Below are positions 37,968-48,948 of a stretch of DNA of 64,000 bases, piece after piece. How positions within the stretch are numbered: the first letter of the stretch is position 1; every line of letters begins with the position of its first letter. The notes under the pieces were generated by a model. It was not told where the DNA came from. It ran no database searches and saw only the letters and a list, made by a program, of their open reading frames with translations. Made by a program: the position numbers and the translations under genes. Where the stretch lies: positions 28,148,001-28,212,000 of the forward strand of contig OZ281496.1 in the NCBI GenBank assembly GCA_965637545.1, written 5' to 3'. The stretch comes from Phallusia mammillata (lineage: Eukaryota).

Positions 37968-39442
37968 TCAACACATGTCTCTCACATGCAGGTGATTGAC
38001 GTTACCAGTAATTGTAAGGCTTGGTTCTGGCTCGCGTGCGGCCCATGAAATGTAGAATCGACCGTCAACCATCGACTCATTTCCTTCAGACAACATTTGA
38101 TCAATTTTGTAAGTGATAGTTGAAAGTTGGCGTTCGGGATTTTCTAATTCAATAAGAAAGTTTGTGGGAAGGGACTGAAGGAGACGTAGACGGTTTGATG
38201 GGATTCCAACTTCATTTCGATCTAATTTTGTTTCTTCTCCTTGAAGTTTTAAAACAAGATTTTGATCAAGTCGAATCCTTATCGTCTCATAGGATATTGC
38301 TTTATTTAAATTCTCACATTGCCCTCGAATTCGATTGTAAGTTGCCTCGTCCATTCGATCAATGAGAAACCAAGTAAGATCTCGTGCATGCTGACCGAGT
38401 CGCCGTGTGTAACCAAAAGTAGCCATTTCTCTGCACACATTAGCTGCGTTCGAAACGTTGACAATAACTTCGCGATCAGAAAAATGATCAGCCTTGAAAA
38501 CAACATTCCCTTTGTTGTCTAGTGATGACGTCGATTCCACTTGCCAAGACGATTTCTCGTCATTTCTGACGTAAACCTTCACAGGGACTGATTGAGATTC
38601 GTTCAACGCGAAGAAGCTGCTTTGTAATGTAACTGTAAAAGGTTTGAGGAACTGTATACCGGATGGTTCGCATCTAAGCCAGGGAGCAATTCGGAAGTCG
38701 TTTTTGCTCTGGACACTGTCGTATCGACCGACTGAGAATTTGAGAAACCTTTTGTGACTTACTGCTCCTTCAGGAAAGCAAAGTTTGTAGCATCCGACTT
38801 GAGCCGTCCCACCGTCGAATCCCAAGCACAATGTGTGTTTGCCTTCATGACTTGTGGAACCAAAGAGTTTTTGCTGATTTAAAATTTTTAGGACTAATAG
38901 TTTCTTCCGAGTTTTTGCACTGTCGTCCAATCGCAATGAGATAGAACTAGTGTTAGATGATTCTATGCGAAGAGCGAAAATGAGATATGCTATAACCAAA
39001 TGGATTACAACCAACAGAATTATCAGAACTAAAGTGATAATTGAGGTCAAACTCCAAAAAGGAATAAGCTCCTTATCTGATCCGCTGGTGGCAGTGGCGG
39101 CGATGGTGGTGGTTGGTTTGGGGGTGATTGCAGTGGTAGGGGTGGTGTTGGGAGTGTCGTACAATGTAGTTGAATTTATCTAAACACATACCGTCAGTAA
39201 GTTTTTCAATCAAACAATCTGTCACTTTTACATCATAAAAATTTCAAAAATTTCAAAATCTTGTTTTTGCGATGTTACAAATATTACCAGGTTTATTATG
39301 TTTTAGAAAACAGTAAAAAGATTACAGATCTGGACAATGTGTAGCCAGCAGCTTACTTACATTTATTCTACCTTGCAAAAACGAGTCAACAAAATCTTAC
39401 CGTAGTGCCCTCGAAAGTTCTCGTTGTAAACGCAAAGTCCAT
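37968..39442 (-). CDS. Array paralogue C: Thr/Pro-rich ectodomain + TM + ZU5(HFS) + UPA-like; C-terminal tail frameshifted
   Basis: Main exon 39179-37968 with acceptor gtgtttag; upstream exon 39442-39401 (MDFAFTTRTFEGTT, donor gtaaga, phase 0), which may extend further 5'. HFS at 38478-38486. Ends HLHVRDMC* because of a 2-nt insertion relative to paralogues D and G. Confidence 0.8.
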
Positions 39443-40009
39443 AATGTCAGGGGATTGTACAGAGACTGGTAAAGGCAATCCACAAACGTACAGTGTACTG
39501 GAACGAAATTTATCCTCATTGGTTTTAAAACTTCAAAGACCAAATAAAAACAAAACTTTATGATAGGCTTTATGTTTTGAAACTTAGCACAAAAAATAAC
39601 TCCACTAAAGTGTTACGGCTAGGCTGACATTAATGTATCCTACAATCATCATTTTAATCGTATAGGACATTACCTATCTGGTGCAATTCAAAACCTTCCT
39701 TCGCTTTTGTTTTGTTTTGAAATAACAGTGTATTATTGTCTAAATTATTAATGATGCAACTTGTGTTAGGTCGCTAAAGCGTAAAACAGTTTCTCATAAC
39801 TGTTCAAAAACCTACATTAAATAACTTTAGAAATTGTTTAAACCTGTTTCACTACTTGACCTCAAAAAAAGTTCTCTTGTGTTGTGCTACGAAAACAAAG
39901 TTTTGGGCAGCGACTGTCGTCCCTAAACGAATACCCTGGGAATAACCTGGCAAACTTTTTTGAGAGTAACAGTCGGCGCCATGGTTAATAGAAAAAGGTA
40001 TATATTAGC

Positions 40010-40730
40010 CGGCATTTATTTGATTACTTATCTGGCTCCCACATTTATTTGCGGAACATAATCGTTTTAAACATACCGTTGTATGTTTTTTTTAACTCTT
40101 TTGTATCCCATCAGAAACAACAGACCTTGACTAGTAATCTTTTTGGTTAAAATTTCTATTTCTATCCAATCATTTGTGGAAAAGTTGTCAATGCTGGAGT
40201 TAAGGTTTCAACGTGTTTTTTATTATTTCGTTTATACGTGTATTTTCTTCAAAACCGTTCACAGCGTGTTGCTTGGCTGAAAACCATCGTGTTTTGGTAT
40301 CTCTACATTAAGAGTATGCGTATGTTTTAATATGATGTATTTCTCCCGTAACTTGTTGCCTTTCTGGCGATTGGCACATTGTGCAAAGCAAAGTAATACC
40401 CTTTGTTGTTTATCGCAGTAAAATAAAGCATAGGAACACTACACAAAGATTGGCTTTGTAGTGAATCAGTTCTTACAAACGACACAACGAAATTAAATGC
40501 TTTTGTGGTTCTCTGTGGAGAACAAACCAATCTTTTTTTCAAACCTAAGTTTCTTTCTAACTTTTTGCCATGGGTCAACGCGCATGTAGAAAACATGTCT
40601 TTTGCTACTTTTATTCGACTTTTTTTACAATCACTAATACGCACAAAAACCAACTTTAATAGCACTAAAATATACACAAAACTGTACAACACAAATTCAA
40701 ACAAAATGCGCAATCACCTATAAAGTAAAA
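40010..40730. repeat. 3'-flank module of the ZU5 array, copy beside paralogue D
   Basis: Very similar to 31690-32420 over about 700 bp by eye. Confidence 0.85.
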
Positions 40731-41110
40731 AATATCACCCAATTTTTTTGTTTATTTTCACATGAGTCATACCATGAAATCAAATGTTGTCTAAAGGCTC
40801 TACAAATTCTTTCCATTTACATATTTACACAAAATTCGAAATTGTGTCAATTTGTCGTGGTTGAATGTAACGTCTCGGGGCGACCCTAAAGGCACCAGGC
40901 GTATTTGTTCATTGCTGCCTTTAAATATAGTGCCAAATTTCCGCCAAATGTATCATTGGAAAATGTCCCGTTAAGGGCTGTGTGGTGTTTTGGTCCTATA
41001 TTTTGTCAATTGTTTAAACTTGCAACGTTGATATACAATAACGAATCCTGATTAAAAAAAACTGCTCAGAAAGTTTCCACATAGAAGCATTAAAGACGCG
41101 AAAAAGATTG

Positions 41111-42660
41111 TCACATTTGTGCATTGTCATATCCTTGGAACCAGGTTGTTTCTGAACCAGGTTGTTCTTCTCCAGTCGCTTCGTTCACATGCACCAACAC
41201 ATCTCCAACATGCAAGTGATTGACGTTACCAGTGATTGTACGGTTTGGTTCTGGCTCGCGTGCGGCCCATGAGATGTAGAATCGACCGTCAACCATCGAC
41301 TCATTTCCTTCAGGTAGTCTTTGATCAATTTCGTAAGTAAAAGTTGAAAGTTGGCGTTCAGAATTTTCTAATTCGAGCAAAAATTTTGTGGGAAGGGACT
41401 GAAGGAGACGTAGACGGTTTGAAGAAATTTCAATCTCATTTCGATCTAATTTTGTTTCTTCTCCTTGAAGTTTTAAAACAAGATTTTGATCAAGTCGAAT
41501 CCTCAATGTCTCATAAGGGATTGCCTCGTCTGAATTCTCATTTTGCTCGCGAATTCGATTGTAGGTTGCCTCATCCATTCGATCAATAAGAAACCAGGTG
41601 AGATCTCGTGCATGTTGACCGAATGACCGCGTAAAACCAAACGTAGCCATTTCTCTGCCCACTATAGGTGCGTTTGAAACGTCAAAAACCTCTTCGCGAT
41701 CAGAAAAATGATCAGCCTTAAAAACTACATTCCCTTTGTTGTCTAGTGATGACGTCGATTCCAGTTGCCAAGGTGATTTCTCGTCATTTCTGACGTAAAC
41801 CTTTACAGGGACCGATTGAGATTCATTCAACGCAAAGAAACTGCTTTGCAGTGTAACTGTGAATGGTTTGAGGAACTTTATACCGGATGGTTCGCATCTA
41901 AGCCAGGGAGCAATTCGGAAGTCGTTTTTGCTCTGGTCGCTGTCGTATGGACCGACTGAGAATTTGAGAGAGGTTTTTGTGACTTACTGCTCCTTCAGGA
42001 AAGCATAGTTTGTAGCAGCCGACTTGAACCGTCCCACCGTCTAAGCCCAAACAGAGTGTCTGTTTGCCTTCGTGACTTGTTGTCACGTCGCCATGTGATA
42101 CTTCTATAAGTACGTTGTGATTTTATGCGCAAAACTGAATGGGAACGACTTAAAAACAAGACGATTACTAGAATTGAGAGACATAAAGCGATAAAGATCG
42201 AAGTCAAGATTGTAACAAGCTCATTATCTGGTTCGTAGGGGGCGACGTCGTTGGTGGTTGGATTGGAGGTGAGAGTGAATGTTGGGCTGGGGTTCGAGTT
42301 AATGCTGGTGGTAGGGGTGATGTTGAGGGTGTTGTACACTGTAGTTGAATTTATCTAAACATATACCTTTCGTAAGTTTCTAATATCACACAACCGTTCA
42401 ATTTTTACATTTTAAAAACATCAACTTGTTGTTATATTTTTGGTTTTCTCATCCTGTCCACGAACGGGAGTTTCGTAGGCTGAATATAACAGCCAGCGTT
42501 TTGCCATTCGCTACACTCATGAAACTCTAAAGACCGAGACAATGTGCAGCTAGCAGCTATAATTAGGCCTACATTTGTTCTAACCTGCAAAAACATTTTA
42601 ACAAAATCTTATCGTAGTTGCCTCGAAGGTTTTGTGGCTTGTTAATACAATTACATTCAT
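41111..42660 (-). pseudogene. Array paralogue D: full-length but disrupted
   Basis: Three ORF pieces in different frames (41995-42339 with TM, 41898-42086, 41111-41830). One frameshift lies just after the TM, a +1 lies in the A-run near 41975, and the donor of exon 42660-42613 is changed from GT to AT. HFS at 41702-41710 and NHLHVG retained. Confidence 0.85.
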
Positions 42661-43993
42661 AATGCCAAAGGATTGTATAGAGACTGGTAACGGTAATCCA
42701 CAAGCCTACGGTGTATACTAAAAAAGAAATCTATCTTGTTTTATCATCAAACTTTAAAGACCAACACTGTAAAATAAAATAAAACATAACTTTACATGAG
42801 GCTTTGTATTACATCTTAGTATGAAAAAATAACTCCAGTAATGTGTAACGGCTATAGGCTGGCTTGGATGTATCTTACAATCATCATTCAGTCGTATGGG
42901 ACATTTCCTATCTGGTGCAATTGAGAACCTTTCCTTCGCTTTTGTTTTGTTATGAAACAACATTGTATTAATAATAATACCACTTTTCTTGGGTCGCTAA
43001 AGCGAAGAAAAACATTTAATAACTTTAGAAATTGTTTAAACCGGTTTCACTATTAAACCTTAACGAAATTTGCTTGAAGACAAAGTTATGGGCAGCGACT
43101 GTCGTCCCTCAACGAATAACCTGCGAATTTCACAACAAAATTGTTTTGGAAATTACAGTAGGCGCCATTGTTACGTCGTTTTTGTCAACTGTTGTGAACA
43201 TAACTTTGTCCAGCAACACGTATAACAATTGTCCTGTGACGCAACAGTTGGTGTTTCATTCACTGTAAATCGGGATCCCACCCAGGGGGTGCAGACTGTT
43301 AACGTTTCTGTCAACTTTGTTTTATTAAAAAATGATTCTCTAAAACTTTTTTTGTTCACCCACTGTATTGCGCACGTACTAACCACAAACGTGGGACAAT
43401 AACCCGACAATTGTGTCCGAGTGTTTTCTTTATCACTAGTTTGACTCTCCCAAAAACTTTGGCAAGTTGAATGTTAACTATAAAAAAACCACAACAACAA
43501 GCACTGTGCGACAACTTGGCTGTGTTTATAGTAGGCCATCCAGTAATTGAACAGTGTCAGTGTTGATTTAAAAAAATCCGGACCCCAAAATCCATTGTTG
43601 CGAACAATGAAATGAAATTAAATGCTTTTGTGGTTCTCTCTGGAGAACAAACCAAACTTTTTTTCAAAGCAAAGTCTTTCTCTTTCTGACTTAGTTGCCA
43701 AGGCTCAACGCGCATGCAGAAAACATGTCTTTTGTTACTTTTATTAGTTTTAACAGTCACTAATACGCATAAAAATCAACTTTAAAAGCACTAAAATATA
43801 CACAAAACTGTACAACACAAATTCAAACAAAACGCGCAATCACCTAAAGTAAAAATATCACTCAAATTTTTATTAAGGAGCATTTAGCTTTCCTTCACAA
43901 AAAATAGTGAGTGAAAGTAACGTCCCGAGCGACCCTAAATGCCTCAGGCGCCATTGTTCACTGCTTTCAAATAGCGCCTCAGGCGCCATTGTT

Positions 43994-44777
43994 AATACCG
44001 GATGGTTCGCATCTAAGCCAGGGAGCAATTCGGAAGTCGTTTTTGCTTTTGTCGCTGTCGTATGGACCGACTGAGAATTTGAGAGAGGTTTTGTGACTTA
44101 CTGCTCCTTCAGGAAAGCATAGTTTGTAGCAGCCGACTTGAACCGTCCCACCGTCTAAGCCCAAACAGAGTGTCTGTCTGCCTTCGTGACTTGTTGTCAC
44201 GTCGCCATGTGATACTTCTATAAGTACGTTGTGATTTTATGCGCAAAACTGAATGGGAACGACTTAAAAACAAGACGATTACTAGAATTGAGAGACATAA
44301 AGCGATAAAGATCGAAGTCAAGATTGTAACAAGCTCATTATCTGGTTCGTAGGGGGCGACATCGTTGGTGGTTGGATTGGAGGTGAGAGTGAATGTTGGG
44401 CTGGGGTTCGAGTTAATGCTGGTGGTAGGGGTGATGTTGAGGGTGTTGTACACTGTAGTTGAATTTATCTGAACATATACCTTTCGTAAGTTTCTAATAT
44501 CACACAACCTTTCAATTTTTACATTTTAAAAACATCAACTTGTTGTTATATTTTTAGTTTTCTCATCCTGTCCACGAACGGGAGTTTCGTAGGCTGAATA
44601 TAACAGCCAGCGTTTTGCCATTCGCTACACTTATGAAACTCTAATTTAGACCGAGACAATGTGCAGCTAGCAGCTATAATTAGGCCTACATTTGTTCTAA
44701 CCTGCAAAAACGTTTTAACAAAATCTTACCGTAGTTGCCTCGAAGGTTTTGTGGCTTGTTAATACAATTACATTCAT
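43994..44777 (-). pseudogene. Array paralogue F: recent duplicate of D truncated inside ZU5; may still encode a 135-aa TM peptide
   Basis: 43995-45290 is near-identical to 41880-43150. Exon 44777-44730 with intact gtaaga donor plus exon 44468-44109 give ectodomain + TM + short tail. ZU5 homology stops at CEPSGI (about 43995). Confidence 0.85.
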
Positions 44778-46791
44778 AATGCCAAAGGATTGTATAGAGA
44801 CTGGTAACGGTAATCCACAAGCCTACGGTGTATACTAAAAAAGAAATCTATCTTGTTTTATCAAAACTTTAAAGACCAACACTGTAAAATAAAAAAAAAC
44901 ATAACTTTACCTAAGGCTTTGTATTACATCTTAGTATGAAAAATAACTCCAGTAATGTGTAACGGCTATAGGCTGACTTGGATGTATCTTACAATCATCA
45001 TAGTCGTATGGGACATTTCCTATCTGGTGCAATTGAGAACCTTTCCTTCGCTTTTGTTTTGTTTTGAAACAACATTTTATAAATAATAATACCACTTTTC
45101 TTGGGTCGCTAAAACGTAGAAAAACATTCAATAACTTTAGAAATTGTTTAAACCGGTTTCACTATAAAACCTCAACGAAATTTGCTTTACTTTGTGCTAC
45201 GAAAACCAAGTTATGGGCAGCGACTGTCGCCCCTCAACGAATACCCTGGGAATTTCACAAAAAACTTTTTTGGAAGTTACAGTCGGCGCCATGGTAAAAA
45301 AAAAAATTCAGTCGCCCATACCCTCCAAACCTAACCAATTAAGGTTTTATAGCGCGCCTAAACAAACGTAATAAAGCGCTGAAAAACGTTGCCCGCTTTT
45401 TCAGCCGAATCAATTGTTACAAACGACACAATACATTTAACTGCCTTTGTGGTTCTTCAGGTGTACAAGAACATGTTTCAGCGTTGTCGTTTTTTTAAAG
45501 TACTTTGTTTGTCACTTTTTATTTCATCAGCACGATAAAGCTTTTAACTTATAGCTTTTGGTTTGTCATAATTGAGTTCACTCGCATTAACAGCATAAGG
45601 TCCAGTTGAAAACATCCATATAGCAACGGGTATTTTAGGTTCGGCCTGACCGACCGAGATTTTTTGGCCTCATGGCCGAATATTTGGTTTCAGCCCGAAC
45701 CATTTTAGGCGGGTTCTGTGCATCACTAGTTTAAACCGTATATGACATTTGCACACGAAACAGCTTATTTGTTTCCAAGTACGTTATTAAACGGTAAATC
45801 CCCACACGGTCAATTCTAAACGTTGCCTGGCAACCTCAAGACAGACGCCCACACATGTTATCCCTAATTCAGTGACATTGCAACGAAAAATTTAACTGTA
45901 AACCAATCTGTGTTTGCCGTTCCCAATATCTCACGCTACAACGCGATGGAAAAAGCCGAACATTGCTGGCAATTTTTTAGATTAAAATTTTATATCTGCA
46001 AAACAATATTTTAAGACACCGCTTAAATGAATGAATGAAATACGTTTTGTACTTGCTGGTCTATTTACGTCTTTTTGTATTTACGATATTTACACATGAA
46101 CTACTAACGTACATAGACTGATATTAATCCACTCTGTGTTTGTTAAGTTAGGGTTTGTACCCTAGCTGATTCCGTCCTTTACGCATTGTTCCTCAGCCGA
46201 ACCCCAATTCATAAGAATTGGTGCTTTATTCAGATTTTTTATGAACAGTTTCTGGACCAAATCAAACCAAATCCGGTTTTACACAAAAATTAAACTCGTC
46301 AGTTAAAAGATTTGTTTCTTAAAGCACAATATAGGCCATACCCTAGTAAAATTGCTTACCTGTGCTAAAACAACGGTACTGAACACGCTATATACGCAGT
46401 TTCGTTGTAGTTGACCTTTAGTAGAAATTCTATAGTTTCAACACGTAATGGTACTTCCCTTATTTTTCTGCTGTGGTTGTAGGGTGGGTTGTTTTCAGTG
46501 AAGCAAATCACCGTAGCATTTGTCTACTGGAGTGAATGCCATTTCAAGAATGATGATGTGTATAACGAACCGGTTAAGAAGTGGGAAAAGTTAGGCTTTG
46601 TTGTAGCAGTGATGATATACGAACCGCTATTTTAACGAATACTCTTTTAAATCTTTATTAGATTAAAAGCAAAGTTTTATAGTGTTTTTATTTTTAAAAT
46701 AGATGCTTAAGATTTTTTGAGAAAGTCACATTTTTAAAAATTACTATGTTACTGCAGAACATTAAACAATATTTACAATTAGTATTCCCTG

Positions 46792-48135
46792 GTGTATCAC
46801 TGTACTGCTAATTCAACGCCATTTGAGATGGAGGACAAACAATTCGCCGACATGTTTAAGAGAACGAAAGCATCTTTGCCAGCTTCGACTACAGTTTCGG
46901 TTGTTCAGTCCGAAGGCGCTTCTTATGACGAAGGCCACTTTGTTTATCCAATAGCAATAGTTGCATTGGCCTGTATTGCCATAATTGTTGCATCGTTTGC
47001 ATTGTGGATATTTCGGATCAAACCGTCCAAACCTTTACCGAACTTATTTTCACCACGTTCGAGTTCGTACTACGGGGCAAAGTGTTATGGCTCAATGGTA
47101 TCGGAACGGGCAAGGGCCCTGAAATTTAGCCCTTTTAAGTCCAAATCGCCACAAAACTTCGAAAACAATAAACGCTCTACTGACAGAGTGACAGACCGAT
47201 GGTCTCGGAAACTCGATATCTCCTTAAACAGGAATGGAAGCGATTTTACACTCGGATGCTATTGTTTGTCATTTCCAAAAGGCTCAGTTGACAAAGATGT
47301 AGATTTGAGTTTTTCCGTCGAATCCTTTAACGATGACACAGAACACAAAAAGGAAATACGGATCGCTCCGCGTCTTAGATGCGAACCATGCGGCATAAAG
47401 TTCACCAAACCATTTACAGTTATACTGCAGAGTAGTTTCTTTGCGTTAAACAAATCTCAATCAGTCTCTGTAAAGGTTTACGTCAGAAATGACAAAAAAT
47501 CGCCTTGGCAACTTGAATCGACGTCATCACTAGACAACAAAGGGAAGGTAGTTTTCAAGGCTGATCATTTTTCTGATCGCGAAGTTATTGTCAGCGTTTC
47601 CAACGCACCTATTGTGGGCAGAGAAATGGCCACGTTTGGTTTTACGCGGTCATTCGGTCAACATGCACGTGATCTCACCTGGTTTCTCATTGATCGAAAC
47701 GACGAGGCAACCTACAATCGAATTCGCGGGCAATATGAGAATTCAGATGAAGCAATACCCTATGAGACAATGAGGATTAGGCTTGATCAAAATCTCGTTT
47801 TAAAACTTCAAGGAGAAGAAACAAAATTAGACCGAAATGAAGTTGAAATCTCATCAAACCGTCTACGTCTTCTTCAGGCCTTTCCCACAAAATTTCTGCT
47901 TCAATTAGAAAATTCTGAACGCCAACTTTCAACTGTCACTTACGAAATTGATCAAATGTTGTCTGAAGGAAATGAGTCGATGGTTGACGGTCGATTCTAC
48001 ATTTCTTGGACAACACCAGAACCTCCGGAACCAAACCTTACCATTACTGGTAACGTCAATCACTTGCACGTGGGAGATGTGTTGAGGCATGTGAACGAAA
48101 CGACTGAAGAAGGACCTGGTTCGGAGGAAAATTGA
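46792..48135 (+). CDS. Array paralogue G (inverted orientation): ectodomain + TM + ZU5(HFS) + UPA-like + RHIM-like, about 435-447 aa
   Basis: Uninterrupted ORF; first ATG at 46828, in-frame acceptor at 46781-46782 suggests an upstream exon; TM FVYPIAIVALACIAIIVASFALWIF; HFS at 47566-47574; LTITGNVNHLHVG at 48037-48075. Confidence 0.85.
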   Translation: MYHCTANSTPFEMEDKQFADMFKRTKASLPASTTVSVVQSEGASYDEGHFVYPIAIVALACIAIIVASFALWIFRIKPSKPLPNLFSPRSSSYYGAKCYGSMVSERARALKFSPFKSKSPQNFENNKRSTDRVTDRWSRKLDISLNRNGSDFTLGCYCLSFPKGSVDKDVDLSFSVESFNDDTEHKKEIRIAPRLRCEPCGIKFTKPFTVILQSSFFALNKSQSVSVKVYVRNDKKSPWQLESTSSLDNKGKVVFKADHFSDREVIVSVSNAPIVGREMATFGFTRSFGQHARDLTWFLIDRNDEATYNRIRGQYENSDEAIPYETMRIRLDQNLVLKLQGEETKLDRNEVEISSNRLRLLQAFPTKFLLQLENSERQLSTVTYEIDQMLSEGNESMVDGRFYISWTTPEPPEPNLTITGNVNHLHVGDVLRHVNETTEEGPGSEEN

Positions 48136-48725
48136 CCTTAAAAAGGGGAATACACAATTATGATAATATTGTGTTGTGTCGTTTGTACCAGTAAAAGCAC
48201 CGTCCATGTCAGTCGGGACTATCGATAACATACATATGTATATTTAGCCACGCATCCATAACGCGGAGTATAAGAAGTTATTTGGTATTCTATAGCCAAA
48301 CCAAAAGGCAAGTCAAAATTCAGTTATTGGGAATAGTCTTTGGAAATCGGCTTTTGGCTAACAGTTAATTGCTTATCGAGCAGGAATATAAAGCCATATG
48401 TGCTTATACTGAACTCTTATTTGTCAACATAATAATAATTGATTTCGAATTAAATGCTATGAGTGTCAAGAAACTAGACCGTTTGATTTGTCGACCGAAT
48501 CTCGCAGTTTGTTTCGCTTTTTGTCGCAAACTGCAGTCCCGTCGGTGATTACCCGGGGGATTCACCCAAAAGTTTTTTCCAGACATTTTTGTGTAGGCGT
48601 AAGGTTAATACATAGAACTTTGAATAAACGAAAAGAATAGGCTATGCCTTCTGATAACATTCCCATGATACCATTAAATGCTACAAAACACTGCAAAAGA
48701 AGTATTATAATACAAAATCATTACA

Positions 48726-48948
48726 ATGTAAAAACATATAGAGCCAATAAATGATAAGCTGCAGACAGTGCACACTGTTTCGACCTATAAGGTCTCATCA
48801 GTGCAGCTGGTGACGAGAGATCGGCCGCCTTGGCTAGTGTAGCCATTCAACGGCACTCCAGTTTGTTGGGAGCACAGGGTACAACCCCATGCATCACCTA
48901 GTCTGTGCGATGCCACAACTCGAAACAGTGTGCACTGTCTGCAGCTTA
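48726..48948 (-). mobile_element. 223-bp Penelope-like/retrozyme-type insertion with inverted terminal segment
   Basis: 14-bp direct repeat acaaaatcattaca at 48712-48725 and 48949-48962; perfect 29-bp inverted repeat at 48755-48783 and 48920-48948; contains a hammerhead ribozyme. Confidence 0.7.
48756..48808 (-). ncRNA. Type I hammerhead ribozyme
   Basis: Minus strand reads AGCTGCA-CTGATGA-GACC(TTATA)GGTC-GAA-ACAGT(GTGC)ACTGT-C-TGCAGCT: complete core, stems I, II and III all pair, GUC cleavage triplet. Confidence 0.9.

Noticed and set aside
39500-39660. Putative signal-peptide exon upstream of paralogue C (MMIVGYINVSLAVTL...)
   Set aside because: Weak donor, not conserved in the homologous D and F regions.
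39940-45260. NF-kB-like GGGAATTTCA / GGGAATAACC upstream of C and F
   Set aside because: Imperfect matches that are not conserved among the three homologous copies.
45633-45728. One end of a TAGTGATG-type hAT element
   Set aside because: No matching left end or TSD found; too fragmentary to list.
38162-47773. Short ORFs in alternative frames of C, D and G (38162, 38306, 38319, 41344, 47259, 47588)
   Set aside because: Off-frame or antisense shadows without independent features.
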